DNA of 64,000 nt from Dipteris shenzhenensis (Eukaryota): assembly GCA_047967505.1 (NCBI GenBank), contig CM106538.1; one strand, 5' to 3'. A program made the translations under genes and the position numbers. Below are positions 1-10,880 of this stretch, piece after piece. The notes under the pieces were generated by a model, which was given only the letters and a program-made list of their open reading frames with translations, had not been told where the DNA came from and made no database searches. Position 1 is the first letter of the stretch. The number at the start of each line of letters is the position of its first letter.

Positions 1-1915
1 TTTGCACGGCTTCTGCCCAAAAGCCATGGGGCAATGCAGCATAAGACAACATACATCGAACCTTCTCCTAAATAGTTCGATTCATCCGCTCACTCACACC
101 ATTTTGAGATGCATTATGAGGGGCTGTGAGTTCCTGTTTAATGCCCTTAGCTTCGCAAAACTGTACAAAAGCATGTGACACATACTCACCCCCATTATCG
201 GATCTGAGGCATTTCAGCTTGCGACCTGTTCGATTCTCAACCTGAGCGACAAACTTCTTGAAAGCATCTAAGGCATCGCTCTTATGCTTCAAGAAATAGA
301 CCCACACTTTGCGTGTGGCATCATCAATAATAGTAATGAAATACTTTGCACCCCCTAGTGATAGCTGTGGCATCTCACACAAATCAGTGTGCACTAGATC
401 AAGCGGTGCTCTATTTTGGGGAGTTCTCCTCTTATGAGGAGTCATAGAATGCTTGCGAAATATGCAATGATCACAAGTAGGCAAATCTGAAAATGAAAGA
501 GACGGCAGATAACCTAAACGTGACAGTTCTTGCATTCCTTTAACGGACATGTGTCCCAACCGGCTATGCCACAATGAAACCTTTGGCAGCTCGGTTATGG
601 CAACAACATGATTACCTACACTGGAAACATAAAGAGGGTACAAGGTATCACTCTTATAACCCTCAGCCACTACAACCTGGCCATCAGTAATCACCCATTT
701 GGAATCCCGAAATGTGGTGTGGTAACCACTGTCATCCAACAAGGCTGTGCTAATCAGATTTTTCTTGATTTGCGGCACATGGCGAACACCATCAAGCATA
801 AATATGCGTCCATCAGGGAATACTATCTGTATACTGCCAATCCCTGCAATCTGACATGCATTGTTGTTCCCAAGGTGAACAACTCCATGAGTACCTGTGT
901 AGGAAGTAAACCACTCCCTATGAGGAGTAACATGAAAAGAAGCACCTGAATCCAAGAGCCAGGTGTGCATGTCATGACCATCAATAACCAAAGTATGTGC
1001 AATTACAGCAGAAGAGCATAAAACATCATGTCTGTCACTGTCACTGTCTCTGCTGCAACATTCACTGCATCCAAGTCATCTATCTACCTTGGCCTTGCCT
1101 TTGCCTTTGCTTCCACTGCCTGCATCCTTTGCCTCAGCCTTCTTGGCTTTCTGATCCCGTATAAACTTGAAGCACTTAGACTTCACATGTCCCTTCTTGC
1201 CATAATAAAAGCATTCAATATCCTTTTTGCCACGGGACTGACTGCGGGATTTGGACTTACTAGCAGATCTCCCCTTCTGCTGAGTCCTGCCTCTTTCCTG
1301 TACCTGCAAAGCATTTGAAGACTTGCTGCCCGCATTATTCTTCCTGCTCATCTCCTCCATAAGGAGAGAGCTCTCTACATCAGCATATATAAGAGTGACA
1401 TTTGAATTAGACAGGGTGGTCTTGAAAGTGTCCCAACTCTCAGGGAGAGTACACAACAAGAAAGTAGCCTTGAACTCCTCATCAAGGTTCAACCCCTGTG
1501 CAATCAGCTGTGTAAAGATGGCATTGAACTCACTCAAGTGTGAGGTCATAGCTGTACCTTTCTTCATGCGAAGATCAACCAGCTTCTTCAACCAATAAAC
1601 CTTACTGGCTCAACTCTTTTGGGCATACGATTCTGCTAGCCTCTGCCATAGGCCATAAGAGGTCTTTTCAGCGTGAACATTGAACACAAGAGAATCACTG
1701 AGAGTAAGCATGATAGCAGCCCTCGCGGACAAATCTAGCTCCTCCCACTCATCATCTGACATCCCAAATGGCTTGACACCCTTCACCCTTATGGGCTTAG
1801 AAATCTTCTTAAGCAGAAGTACATTCAAACACTGTTCTGCCCATAATGCATAATTGTGTGCCCCTTCCAATTTCTTTATGTTCAGAATTGAAGATTCACT
1901 TCCCCTTGATGCCAT
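1..1915 (-). pseudogene. gag-pol polyprotein of copia A with premature stops
   Basis: ORFs 1610-1915, 1076-1591 and 68-991 are in one frame, separated by stops at 1610, 1076 and 68. The frame continues as EKVRCMLSYAALPHGFWAEA beyond position 68. Confidence 0.9.
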
Positions 1916-3523
1916 ATCAGATAAGGAAAGTACGTGACTCCCTGTAAGTCAAAAAAGACTGAATAAAATTCTGATTTCTCAAGAAAAAACCTGCTCTATC
2001 AAGAGCCAGGAGCACTCACAATAGTGCTGTTTTTACTGTCAAAAAAAAATCTGCAGCAAAACAGAAAAATTTCCCTCCAGTTACTGTACCTTCTGACACA
2101 CTGTACCGTGCTCAAATAGGCATAAAACAGTAATTTCAGAATGCTGCAGCTGTTCCACAAGTGCTTTAACAGTGCATCATCAGCTGACGAAGCACAAAAC
2201 ACTGCTGTCCTGATCACTTCTCCCACCGCAGATGAGGTATTGCACTGATTTTATATGCATAAACCACTTGTCATACACTGTTTTGTTCACTGAAAAGAGG
2301 CTCCAGACACTTCAGCCTGTCACAAACCTGCAACAGAAAATGGGACAAATCCCAAGCAATCACCCTTCTGCCAAGGGGATAAAAGGCATCTGAAGGTCTC
2401 AAACAGTAACCCAAGTACTCTCAAGCAAAATCTGGGCAAAAGCCCCTTGATTTGACACCTGTACCAAGTGAAAAACACCTCAACACTGAGGTAGCATACA
2501 AAATATAGCGCTCTCCTGGCACTTTCACCTGACAATGCAATGCATAAACAGCCCTGTGTACACAATAACAACACAGATCCCAACGTACAAACACTGAAGA
2601 GAAAATCTTTTGAGCACTGTCAACGATGGACAGTTAGGGACCGAGTAAACTCGATGCGCCCTGGCCAAGCGTGGCTCAACTGAGATTTTCCAAGGTGTCG
2701 TACACAAAATGTGACCTGCAGAAATGTCACTGAATACACTGCGGAAACAAGACCAATGTGGGCTCCGTGGCTCCACACTGCCTCAAGGCATACACTGCAT
2801 AAGCTTCCAGGCAAAAGCCCTTTGAAAAAGTCACCCAAAAGCTGAGATTTGCACTCAGCAAAAGCATAAAAGCCCTCTGCAAAATCAAGGCATTACCTTC
2901 CCGAAACAAGATAACTGTGCAACCACCACACACTGTGGTACTAGTCCTCTCTCTTTTTCTTCTTTCCCCAAAGAAAAACTGCTGTACTTTCTGTATTTGT
3001 GTACTTGTGCAAGGTACCACTGTACCTGTGCAGGGTACAGATCCAAAAAAAATTTTCAAAAATGCACTTCCCTGACGCAGCTCCTTGACGCAGTTCGTAC
3101 GGCGGCGTCCGTACAGTACGGACGCCTGTACGGTGTCCGTACGTCCGTACACGAGCTCCCTGCGCGCGCGCGCCTGTGCGCCGCCCTGTTCGAGGCCCTG
3201 AGGCTGCTTGGGTGCGCACCGGTGCTGCGCACTGGCTGCGCCCGCTTGGTAGCGGGTAGTAGCTAGCAGCAGCTAGCTGCTGCTGTTGCAGCTGCTGGCG
3301 CTGCTCCGCGCCGCCTTGTTCTGCCCGCACGCGCGCTGTCCCGCGCTGCCCCTCGCGCTGCCGCCCGCGCTACCCTGTTCGAGGCCCGCGCTGCCTGTGC
3401 AATGCCCAGCTCCGCCCACGCTGCCTGCACGCTGCTGAGGGCACGAGTCCCGAGGGGATAAGGAGGGGTAGAGGGAGAGGTAGGCAAGAGTGGGGAGAGA
3501 GAGATGAAGGCTCTGATACCAGT

Positions 3524-3727
3524 TGAGAGGGAAAGAATGAGGGAGAAGTACAACAGGGAGAGAGTGAGAGAGATGTGACTCAAAAGATGCGGGTGTGAAG
3601 TGATGAGCCACACCACAAACTCATAGGTTTTATTAGGATTAGGTTTTTCACCCTATGACTGTGTCTTAAGACAATCATAGGTGTCATATCTTTAATAAAG
3701 GGGTGGCAATGTGCCTTTACCCCAACA
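3524..3727 (-). repeat. 5' LTR of copia A (~204 bp)
   Basis: TG...CA ends, 2 nt from the PBS. A different gag sequence resumes immediately at 3728. Confidence 0.8.
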
Positions 3728-4833
3728 TTGAAAATGGAAGAGAGCGATGAGTTGAGTGATCATCTCACTCGGTTTCAATCTCTTGCTCAATAACTTTAAA
3801 GTTTGAAGAGCCCACCTAATGATGAAGATAAGATGGTTGTCCTTATGAAGAGTATGCATGGAATTTCTCGCTTTGAGCACATTGCTAAAGTCCTTCGCCG
3901 TGCCACGACTACATTTGATGATATGGTGGCACTCCTCATTGAGAAGAACCTTCACAATAAGGAAGCTGCTCTTGCCTCTCTTGGTGATCACATTTGCTTC
4001 CACAAGCAAATGGAAGACCAACAAGAACATTATTTGTAGGTTTTGCAAGAGGAAAGGACACATTGAAGCCCATTGCTTCAAGAAGAAGGAATAGGAACAA
4101 GAGAAGCATCACGCCAATCTTGTGGCTAAAGAACAAGTTGAACCTGAAGAGTCCCTGAAGGAGATACATGTAGCTATAGCAGAGGTTCATGGCCTCTCTC
4201 TTGAGGATGAGGATCCTTTTGACCAGGGATGGGCGTTCCAGGTCCCTAGTAAAGGTTCTCAGCCTTGAGTTGTCCCTCTAAACTGAATGTATTTGAAGTC
4301 AATAAGAGGTACTCTGCCCTGGGTTGTCCCATACAAATGAATGTGTTGTCTTTTACTTTGGTTTCATGGTATTGATCACCCAGTTCAGAGTTAAGGGGGG
4401 TGATGAGTGATGGTTTGCTTTTGCCGGTCACAAGCTGACTGAGAAGTTGCTATCACACGGGAGGTGTTTGATAGTCGGACTTGCTCTTTGCAGTGTTGCG
4501 GTGGAGGAGGGATCGGTCTACTGTTTGCGTGTTAGGTCTCACACTCTTTGCTCTGAAGGGGGGTGTTGGAGATATCATAGCCAAAGAGTGTGTTGGGTGA
4601 TGTGTTGGTGTGTAGTACTAGGTGATCTAGTACTAGTTCATGTGTGAGTTCCACGTGTCATTATGGGACTTATCCCATATGCACTAGGTACTAGTGCGTG
4701 AGTGTGTAGCCTATATAGTACTTCACTTGTCTTGTCATACTTGATGAATGAATGAAAGCCTCATTATATCTTCATTTGAGTATCACTTCTTCACTCTCTA
4801 AAATCTCTCTCTTCTCACACCATGTTTCTAACA
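3728..4833 (+). mobile_element. gag-only (TR-GAG-like) non-autonomous copia-type element, 3' part; host of copia A
   Basis: Gag LKMEESDELSDHLTRF...DKMVVLMKSM and knuckle CRFCKRKGHIEAHC, ending ...DPFDQGWAF. After ~320 bp come PPT GAAGGGGGG (4555-4563) and LTR TGTTGGA...TCTAACA (4564-4833). Confidence 0.75.
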
Positions 4834-5366
4834 AGAACAAGTGTGACTGCCAGTGTTTGTTGTGCAAAGATGCAAGTTCTCTTATGGAAAATAGATTGAT
4901 GTCTCAGGATGTATGCCACCAATAGGGTGAGAGACTATAGGTTGTGGTAGTCTTGGACAGTGGAGAAAGCTCTTGTATGCTTTCTTTTTCTGCTTGGAGC
5001 AGATAGGTGGTTAATTTGGGCACTATGACAGCTATGGGGAACTGTGTGGCCAAGCGGGGTTGCTAGTGACAGTTCCGGGCTGTGTGCAAGCTTTCTTGGA
5101 TTAGGGATAGAGACCTACTGCCAGGAGTGGTGAGAGCGGTGAACAGTAAAGGCTATACAGGGTATGTGGATGCCTAATGGGATGTGGAATGCCCCATATG
5201 TAAGAAAGAATGTATCCTTTATGTAGCTTGGATTTCTAAAGAAATACCGAAAGGGGAGCCAAGGTTTGGGGCCAATCTGAGTCTTTGTCTTTGGTGCAAG
5301 GGCACTCTAGCTCCCAATCTGCTAGTTATACTTTTGCTGAATTGTTGATATAACAGTGTTGGCTGG

Positions 5367-6290
5367 CTATTTGTTAGTTCTATTGCCCTTTAATTTATTG
5401 AAGGCCGGTTTCAGTACCAAAGTGTCAGACTCTCCCTTCTTCTTTGCAATTATTTTCCTGCATTCAGTGTTGAAGTGCCCTGGCTTCTTGCAGTAGTGGT
5501 GTTTTCCCTTCTTCTTGGGCATGTGTGCCTTGTTTGAAATATTACTTGATGGCTGAGCTGAATCTGTCCTGGACTGATAATGGCTTGCATAAAGTTCCCC
5601 CTTGCCTTTAAGGGCTGATCCACTCGACGCGAGCCAGCTGCCATATTTTTTTGTCTTCTCTTCCTGCAAAAAAACATCCCATTTAGTTCTTGGAATGTGA
5701 GTGGGTACCCCTCATATATGATTTGAGTGTTGTGTGAAAAGGTGAGTATGACTTCGGTAAAGAGTTTAAAGTGGTGGAAATGAATTGATTATCTGGAATC
5801 ATATTGAGCAACTGCTCATGAAGATCCCTGATCTTCTTAATGTGTTCCGACATTGAATCCCCTTCCTGCATCTTAATGTCATCAATGCTCTCTTTAAATG
5901 AGAGACCCTAGCCTCATTTTTGGCCTGGAACATGGTCTCTAAGGCGTCCCATGCTTGCTTTGATGTTTTAGTTGACCAGATATGAGGAATGATAAACCTC
6001 TTCACTGCCAAAGCGATCACGAAGAGAGCTGAGACACAAGTCTCTTTTCAAACGTCTCCACTGAGCCTAAACATATTTGATTCATACTAACTCGCTCTCA
6101 ACTATCCCTAGCCTCTGCTCAACCCTCAGTAGTCCCTCTTCTATTTTCATTTTTGTTCATTCATTGGACCATCATGAGGAGAGAATCCTCAAGAGAAAAT
6201 ACTTAAGAAATCAGTGACCCAAGGTACATGCATAACTAGCTTGTGCACCATTGCAGGCTCATCTTCTCTTTGGGAAGCACCTCTGACCAT
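5367..6290 (-). mobile_element. Degenerate copia-type gag fragment with possible decayed PBS at ~6281-6290
   Basis: Frameshifted ORFs give KTSKQAWDALETMFQAKNEARV, MQEGDSMSEHIKKIRDL..TLNSLPKSY and knuckle HYCKKPGHFNTECRK. Confidence 0.8.
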
Positions 6291-6308
6291 AATAGGTTTT
6301 GTCATCAG

Positions 6309-7153
6309 TTTTTTTTTTCCAGAGAAAAGAACTTCTATTAATGCTTGAAAAAAAAACGACCATACAAGTTGGCAAATACCATAAAGATGCTAACTGTGAA
6401 AATCAACAAAAAGTAAATGCTGGCTGTCAGAAAGACACTCCCGCTGCCAGATATCCCAGCTCACTGCCTAAGGAATCTATGTAGGAGGGGCTAACAACTA
6501 GGGTGGCGGACTATACAACCATCTGATCCCTCTCGGGGTGAAGTCGTAGAAAACACCTGCAGGCCAAGCCTTGCAGAAACGTTCATGCTGTGCGATGGTA
6601 GCTCAAGAACCCGGAGAGCCTCGCTCCCAAATCGCATGAAGCGTGAAGATGATGTCCTGCCAGATGGCTACCAAGGTGGCCGACGGTGGAACATGGTGTT
6701 GGCCCATAACCCAACTGCAGCGAGCAACCCATATGTTCCATGTCGTGATGCTGGCTACTGTGTCCCACACGCTGTCCTCCGCTGAAGGAAGAGGTTGATG
6801 ACTAGTGGGAGGGGTCGCCCCATGAAACTCAATGCTGTGAATGCACAGGCCTTGAATCCTATATGCTGGAGAGACCACGTCAATGGGAAAGGCATGGCCA
6901 CCCTCTGACAACCAAGCAGTCATGCCCCACGTGAAGTCCCTCTGCGTGCCCTGAAGCCTCGCCACGATCCGAAGCGCTCCTTGCCATATCCTCTGTGCTA
7001 CTGGGCAGCTCCAAAGGCAGTGGGGGATCGTCTCCAAATCCCAATCATGCATCTATGGCAGCTACCATCCACCCGCCTCTGCTCCAACCAAGGGCCAACA
7101 GGAAGACCACCATGTGCTATCATCCAGAAAAAGTATTAGATCTTCCGCGGTCG
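6309..7153 (-). mobile_element. 5'-truncated L1-type LINE (zf-RVT/ORF2 C-terminus, poly(A) tail)
   Basis: Minus strand reads PRKI*YFFWMIAHGGLPVGPWLEQRRVDGSCHRC / ETIPHCLWSCPVAQRIW...WNIWVARC. A10 tail at 6309-6318 follows ATTAATAGAAG. Flanking direct repeat GGTTTT(C)GTCATCAG at 6295-6308 and 7154-7168. Confidence 0.85.
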
Positions 7154-7787
7154 GGTTTTCGTCATCAGTTTATCCTATCGTCTTGAGGCATATCGGATGC
7201 CTCATATTTTTTCAGGGTGGCATGCTTCGTTTACAATGACCCTTCACCTTGGGTTCAACCCCAATTGTAGCTCCAAAGACTGAGATCACATGCTAAGAAG
7301 CAGATAGAGCTTACCCTCAAGCACATAGACGTCCGGCCCATGGGTTGACTCTTGCTCAGTAGACACCATATCCCATACCACGGATGGCCATTCATGAGTT
7401 AGGCTTCAGATTAGCTTGTCAACCTGCCATGCAACCATGGTTGCGCTGTGAAAAGAATGTGAGCCACATCAAAGTATGCTTAAATTGCAGGAGAATGATT
7501 CAGAATTATTAACATGTTGTATCCCTTATGGTAGGCATATAAGGATAAACATATTTCCTAGAAAAGCAGTTTTTTAGTGCGGTTTTTAATTTTTTTTTGT
7601 CCTGTAATTTTGATGGCTTTCAACTTGACATTTACTGAGAATTTTATTTAGTTTCATCTCTCTCATTTCTATTTTGCCTTTGTATCTGTTTTGTCATAGT
7701 AGCACCAGAAGTGATAAGTAAACATTTCATCAATTTATACTGAGGGGAAAATTGTATTTCTTGCAATGTCTTTGCTTTTGGTTTCAG

Positions 7788-8129
7788 GTGTCAGAGGTAT
7801 TTGATTCAATTTTGGAGTTGGGCGATGCAGTAGGTCTTTATCTAGAAGCATGCACACTCGTAGACCACCTGCGAACACGGCTGCGGAGAGTTGCAGCTTC
7901 TGTGGCACTTCAGAGACGTCCGCGCATTCTGCTTCTCCAAGGTCTAAATCCTCTTTTCTTAGGTGGGCACTGGATATCTGAAGTTGAGAGTCTGGCTGGA
8001 GGATTTGATGGTTTGCAGAAGCCAGGGTGTGGGGTGGAGATGTTACATTGGCAGCGCATTATTTCTTATGCTCCGGAGGTTCTGGTTCTGAGTCCATGCA
8101 AATTCAGCATAAAACAAACGTTATCTGAG
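7788..8129 (+). CDS. Penultimate exon of a BtuF-like (cobalamin/Fe3+-siderophore) periplasmic-binding-fold protein gene
   Basis: Pyrimidine tract plus TTTCAG acceptor at 7787 and GAG|GT donor at 8130, both phase 0. Peptide RPRILLLQGLNPLFLGGHWISEVESLAGG..WQRIISYAPEVLVLSPCKFS fits the bacterial BtuF-like pattern RPRV..EW.DP....GHW.PE....AGG...W......P.V....PCGF. Confidence 0.85.
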
Positions 8130-8689
8130 GTGATGGTTTTTTTCTTCTGTTAAAGTTTGTGTCAAGGGCAATTTGTCTCTTAATACTTACCTGATGATAT
8201 TTTTAAGCTCCCGAATCATGTATTCGAGCAATTGGTCTATACAAGATAGTTGAAAAATAAAAATTTTAATTTTCCAATAAGAAGGAAGCAGCAAGGGCTA
8301 TCAAAGAAATGCTTCACAGCTTGCCTATAGTGGACTCTTCAGAAGCAGAGCAGTACAGTAGGTTGGTTGACTATGAATATTAGAACAGTCTTCTCTTTGT
8401 CATCAGGGCAAGTACACATTACAAAATACCAACTTTCTGAATAAATTATGGAATCATTTTGCTTTGAATTCTGGAGGGCATGCTTAAGAGAATGGAGGAT
8501 TGTTGAAGTTAAAACAACATAAGCGATATGCATGTAGTAGTTCAAATTCAATGCATCCACAAACTTGTTACTGTTGGCTTAAAGTACACTGGTGTTTCGT
8601 GTATATGAAGCTTTGATATAGCTGAGCAGTATACATTCTCACAAAAGGAAAAACTTGTGTGGAAACTTATGGTGTTTGTTTTGATTCAG

Positions 8690-8947
8690 GTTGAATTGCT
8701 GGCTAGACTTCATGGCTTTTGGTCCATTCCTGCAGTTGAGGCTGGCCAAGTGTATATCTGTGAGCATTCCTGTTTCGACTGTCCAGGGCCCAGGATGGTA
8801 AATGGTGCAGAACTACTTGCTTGTATTCTCCATCCATTTGCGACCACTGCAATTCAGGTGCAAGAAACTGCTTGGAAGCTTAACCTGAACTATGGGCAAC
8901 AGTGCAGTCCACAAGACCTCCCAAAACATTTTAAACCATGCTTGTGA
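8690..8947 (+). CDS. Last coding exon of the BtuF-like gene
   Basis: ATTCAG acceptor at 8689 joins in frame (TLSE|VELL). Peptide GFWSIPAVEAGQVYICEHSCFDCPGPRMVNGAELLACILHP matches the W..LPAV..G.VY....F.RPGPR.V...E.LA.ILHP C-terminus. TGA stop at 8945-8947 and AATAAA at 9052. Confidence 0.85.
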   Translation, partial: VELLARLHGFWSIPAVEAGQVYICEHSCFDCPGPRMVNGAELLACILHPFATTAIQVQETAWKLNLNYGQQCSPQDLPKHFKPCL

Positions 8948-9604
8948 ATAATCTACTCGGCTTTACAACAAAATTATACCATCAACAGGTGTTCTGTTTA
9001 CATGACTTATCTTTTCAAGAGTGGTCATCGGCAATAGTCTGCTCTTCGACCAATAAAAGCATCTATATCACATCGTGTATGTACCATACCAGCATTCATT
9101 GGCAGAAAGCAGCCGCACAGATTCCAATAATATCACCAGGTCAGTTTTTCACTGAGTCCTGACTCCTCCCCTTGATGAGGATCTCTTCAATTGTTCCTTG
9201 CCATAGGACTATGGTCTGAACAGAATTGGTAAGGACAAGCAAGACACAAGGACGATGGTATCCAACCCTGCCTCAGAGGGAATTTTGACTTTGTTTTTTT
9301 AAAGGATCCTAGAAAAGCTATCATTTACAGCATTGGATAGCCCATATTTATCAAAAGGCAGTGAGATAAATCAGTTTTGAGTTGATAGTTCACAGGTGAG
9401 TTGTGCTGTGAGCACACATGTCACATGTATATTATTTGCAATATCAGAGTTGCACTCAATAAGGTGTTTCCTCTTTCGGTGTTCTCTCACACACAATTTG
9501 GATGTTTCACGTTTTAAATTTGGAGTTTTCGTGCATAAAATTTGCGGAGCTTCATTTGGGGAGCTTAAAATTAGGGTTTTGGGTCGAAATTAGGGCTTCT
9601 GGCA

Positions 9605-9732
9605 AGGAGCGAATGCTTGCGACAGATCGGTTAGCTGGAGTGTACATTGTACATTGTAAACTATAGGCTGAGGAGCGAATGCTTGCGACAGATCGGTTAG
9701 CTGGAGTGTACATTGTACATTGTAAACTATAG
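9605..9732. repeat. Tandem duplication, period 66 bp
   Basis: AGGAGCGAATGCTTGCGACAGATCGG...GTAAACTATAG occurs identically at 9605 and 9671. Confidence 0.95.
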
Positions 9733-10689
9733 TTTGTTTCATTTATATGACTTGTCATCATGCTTTATTCATGAGTCGTGAATGACTCACAAGCTACTTG
9801 TCGTTTGTACTTTGTGACTTCAAACTTGTTATTTCAAGATTGATGATTTCCCTGTCAACATTACATTTTTCATATTTTATATACATGTAACATGTTTGGC
9901 TAGAGAGAGAAAGAAAATCTATTAACGTCCACTGGAGACCAAAAGGTCCATGGGACAACAGGAAATCCTCTAGTACATCTGCTTTAGGGAGGGCACATGG
10001 CAGCTCCCAAGGAGTGCAAAAAGCAATCAGAGAGAGGAGCCTATGCCATAAAAACTCAAATGGGCAAGTTTCAACCTTGCAAACATTGTGGGAAGACTAT
10101 TTGTAGACACTAGACGTGATCCCATGCGGACAATAAAATATTTGGATTGCATGTTGGAGTCCTCACATGTGTATTCGACTTTAGTGTTTTAAATTATATG
10201 TGTTGTTATATTCTATATTTTACATAAATCAATGATGTGCATTTCTAGGCAAAAATCATGTAAGATTCTGAAATGTTTCTATTTGAAGCCTCGAAACCCG
10301 GTTCTAGATTTCTTGTGACTTTGCTATGGTGCAGTTTGAAATGAAAGGAAGCAATGAAGGAGCTTGAAATAAATTAAGCTACAGAGTTTAAAAAAAAGGG
10401 TTCAATATTTGTAAATAGGAGCCGGATACATGAAGCAAAATGTGTGTGCAACAGCGAGCTCTTCTACATTAAACCTGCCTATCTTGGTTGGTTCAAAAAA
10501 ATTGATACTCTTGTAGTCATGTTATGTAGTTTCGTGATATCTTGTTATAAAATCATGTGTTACTTCTCATTGGAGGTTAGAATCGTAGTTGAGCTAAGCA
10601 TGCCTTTGTAGCTAGGCCACATGTATCGTGAATATTGCTCGGAAACTTTTGCACTATTCTTTAATTATAAAGAGGTGTTGGGTGCTATT

Positions 10690-10880
10690 AATAATATCTC
10701 AAGTCATTCATAGCTTGCCGGGTCATGTCAAACTCTGTGTTTTACAATAATAAACATTCTTGTCTTTGAGTTTCCTGACGTACCATGGTTTACAATGCTC
10801 AAAGCTCCTCTGCCCAATTGAAATGTTAGGATTGTGATCCATAGACTTGAGATACAGTCTCATTTGTTGACCTAACATGT
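10690..10880 (-). pseudogene. Transposase-like fragment (DNA transposon, possibly Sola-like)
   Basis: LYLKSMDHNPNISIGQRSFEHCKPWYVRKLKDKNVYYCK, then a frameshift to TEFDMTRQAMNDLR. It resembles the I..R.FE..KP..V.....N.C.C..H motif of transposon-derived proteins; family assignment is by recall only. Confidence 0.4.

Larger units (their letters stand above)
1..3727 (-). mobile_element. Ty1/copia LTR retrotransposon family A, 5' half (5' LTR, PBS, ~1.6 kb leader, gag-PR-IN); continues off the left edge
   Basis: LTR 3524-3727 (minus strand TGTTGGG...CTCTCA) and PBS TGGTATCAGAGCC at 3509-3521. Gag, zinc knuckle, WLLDSGAS protease, GAG-pre-integrase WHSRLGH and integrase LDLVHTD/RSDNGGEY follow in copia order. 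Confidence 0.95.

Noticed and set aside
3509-3521. tRNA-Met gene fragments at the TGGTATCAGAGC sites
   Set aside because: These are 12-13-nt primer-binding sites adjacent to LTRs, with no cloverleaf.
1999-3616. Overlapping 75-141 aa ORFs as genes
   Set aside because: They lie in the GC-rich copia leader and LTR, are low-complexity, and have no recognisable domain.
7491-7530. Possible 40-nt upstream exon of the BtuF-like gene (TTGCAG|...|GTAGGC)
   Set aside because: The frame required for a phase-0 join to 7788 contains TAA, and the peptide does not resemble the expected region.
7788-8947. Bacterial contamination
   Set aside because: It has a canonical spliceosomal intron and is embedded among plant retroelements.
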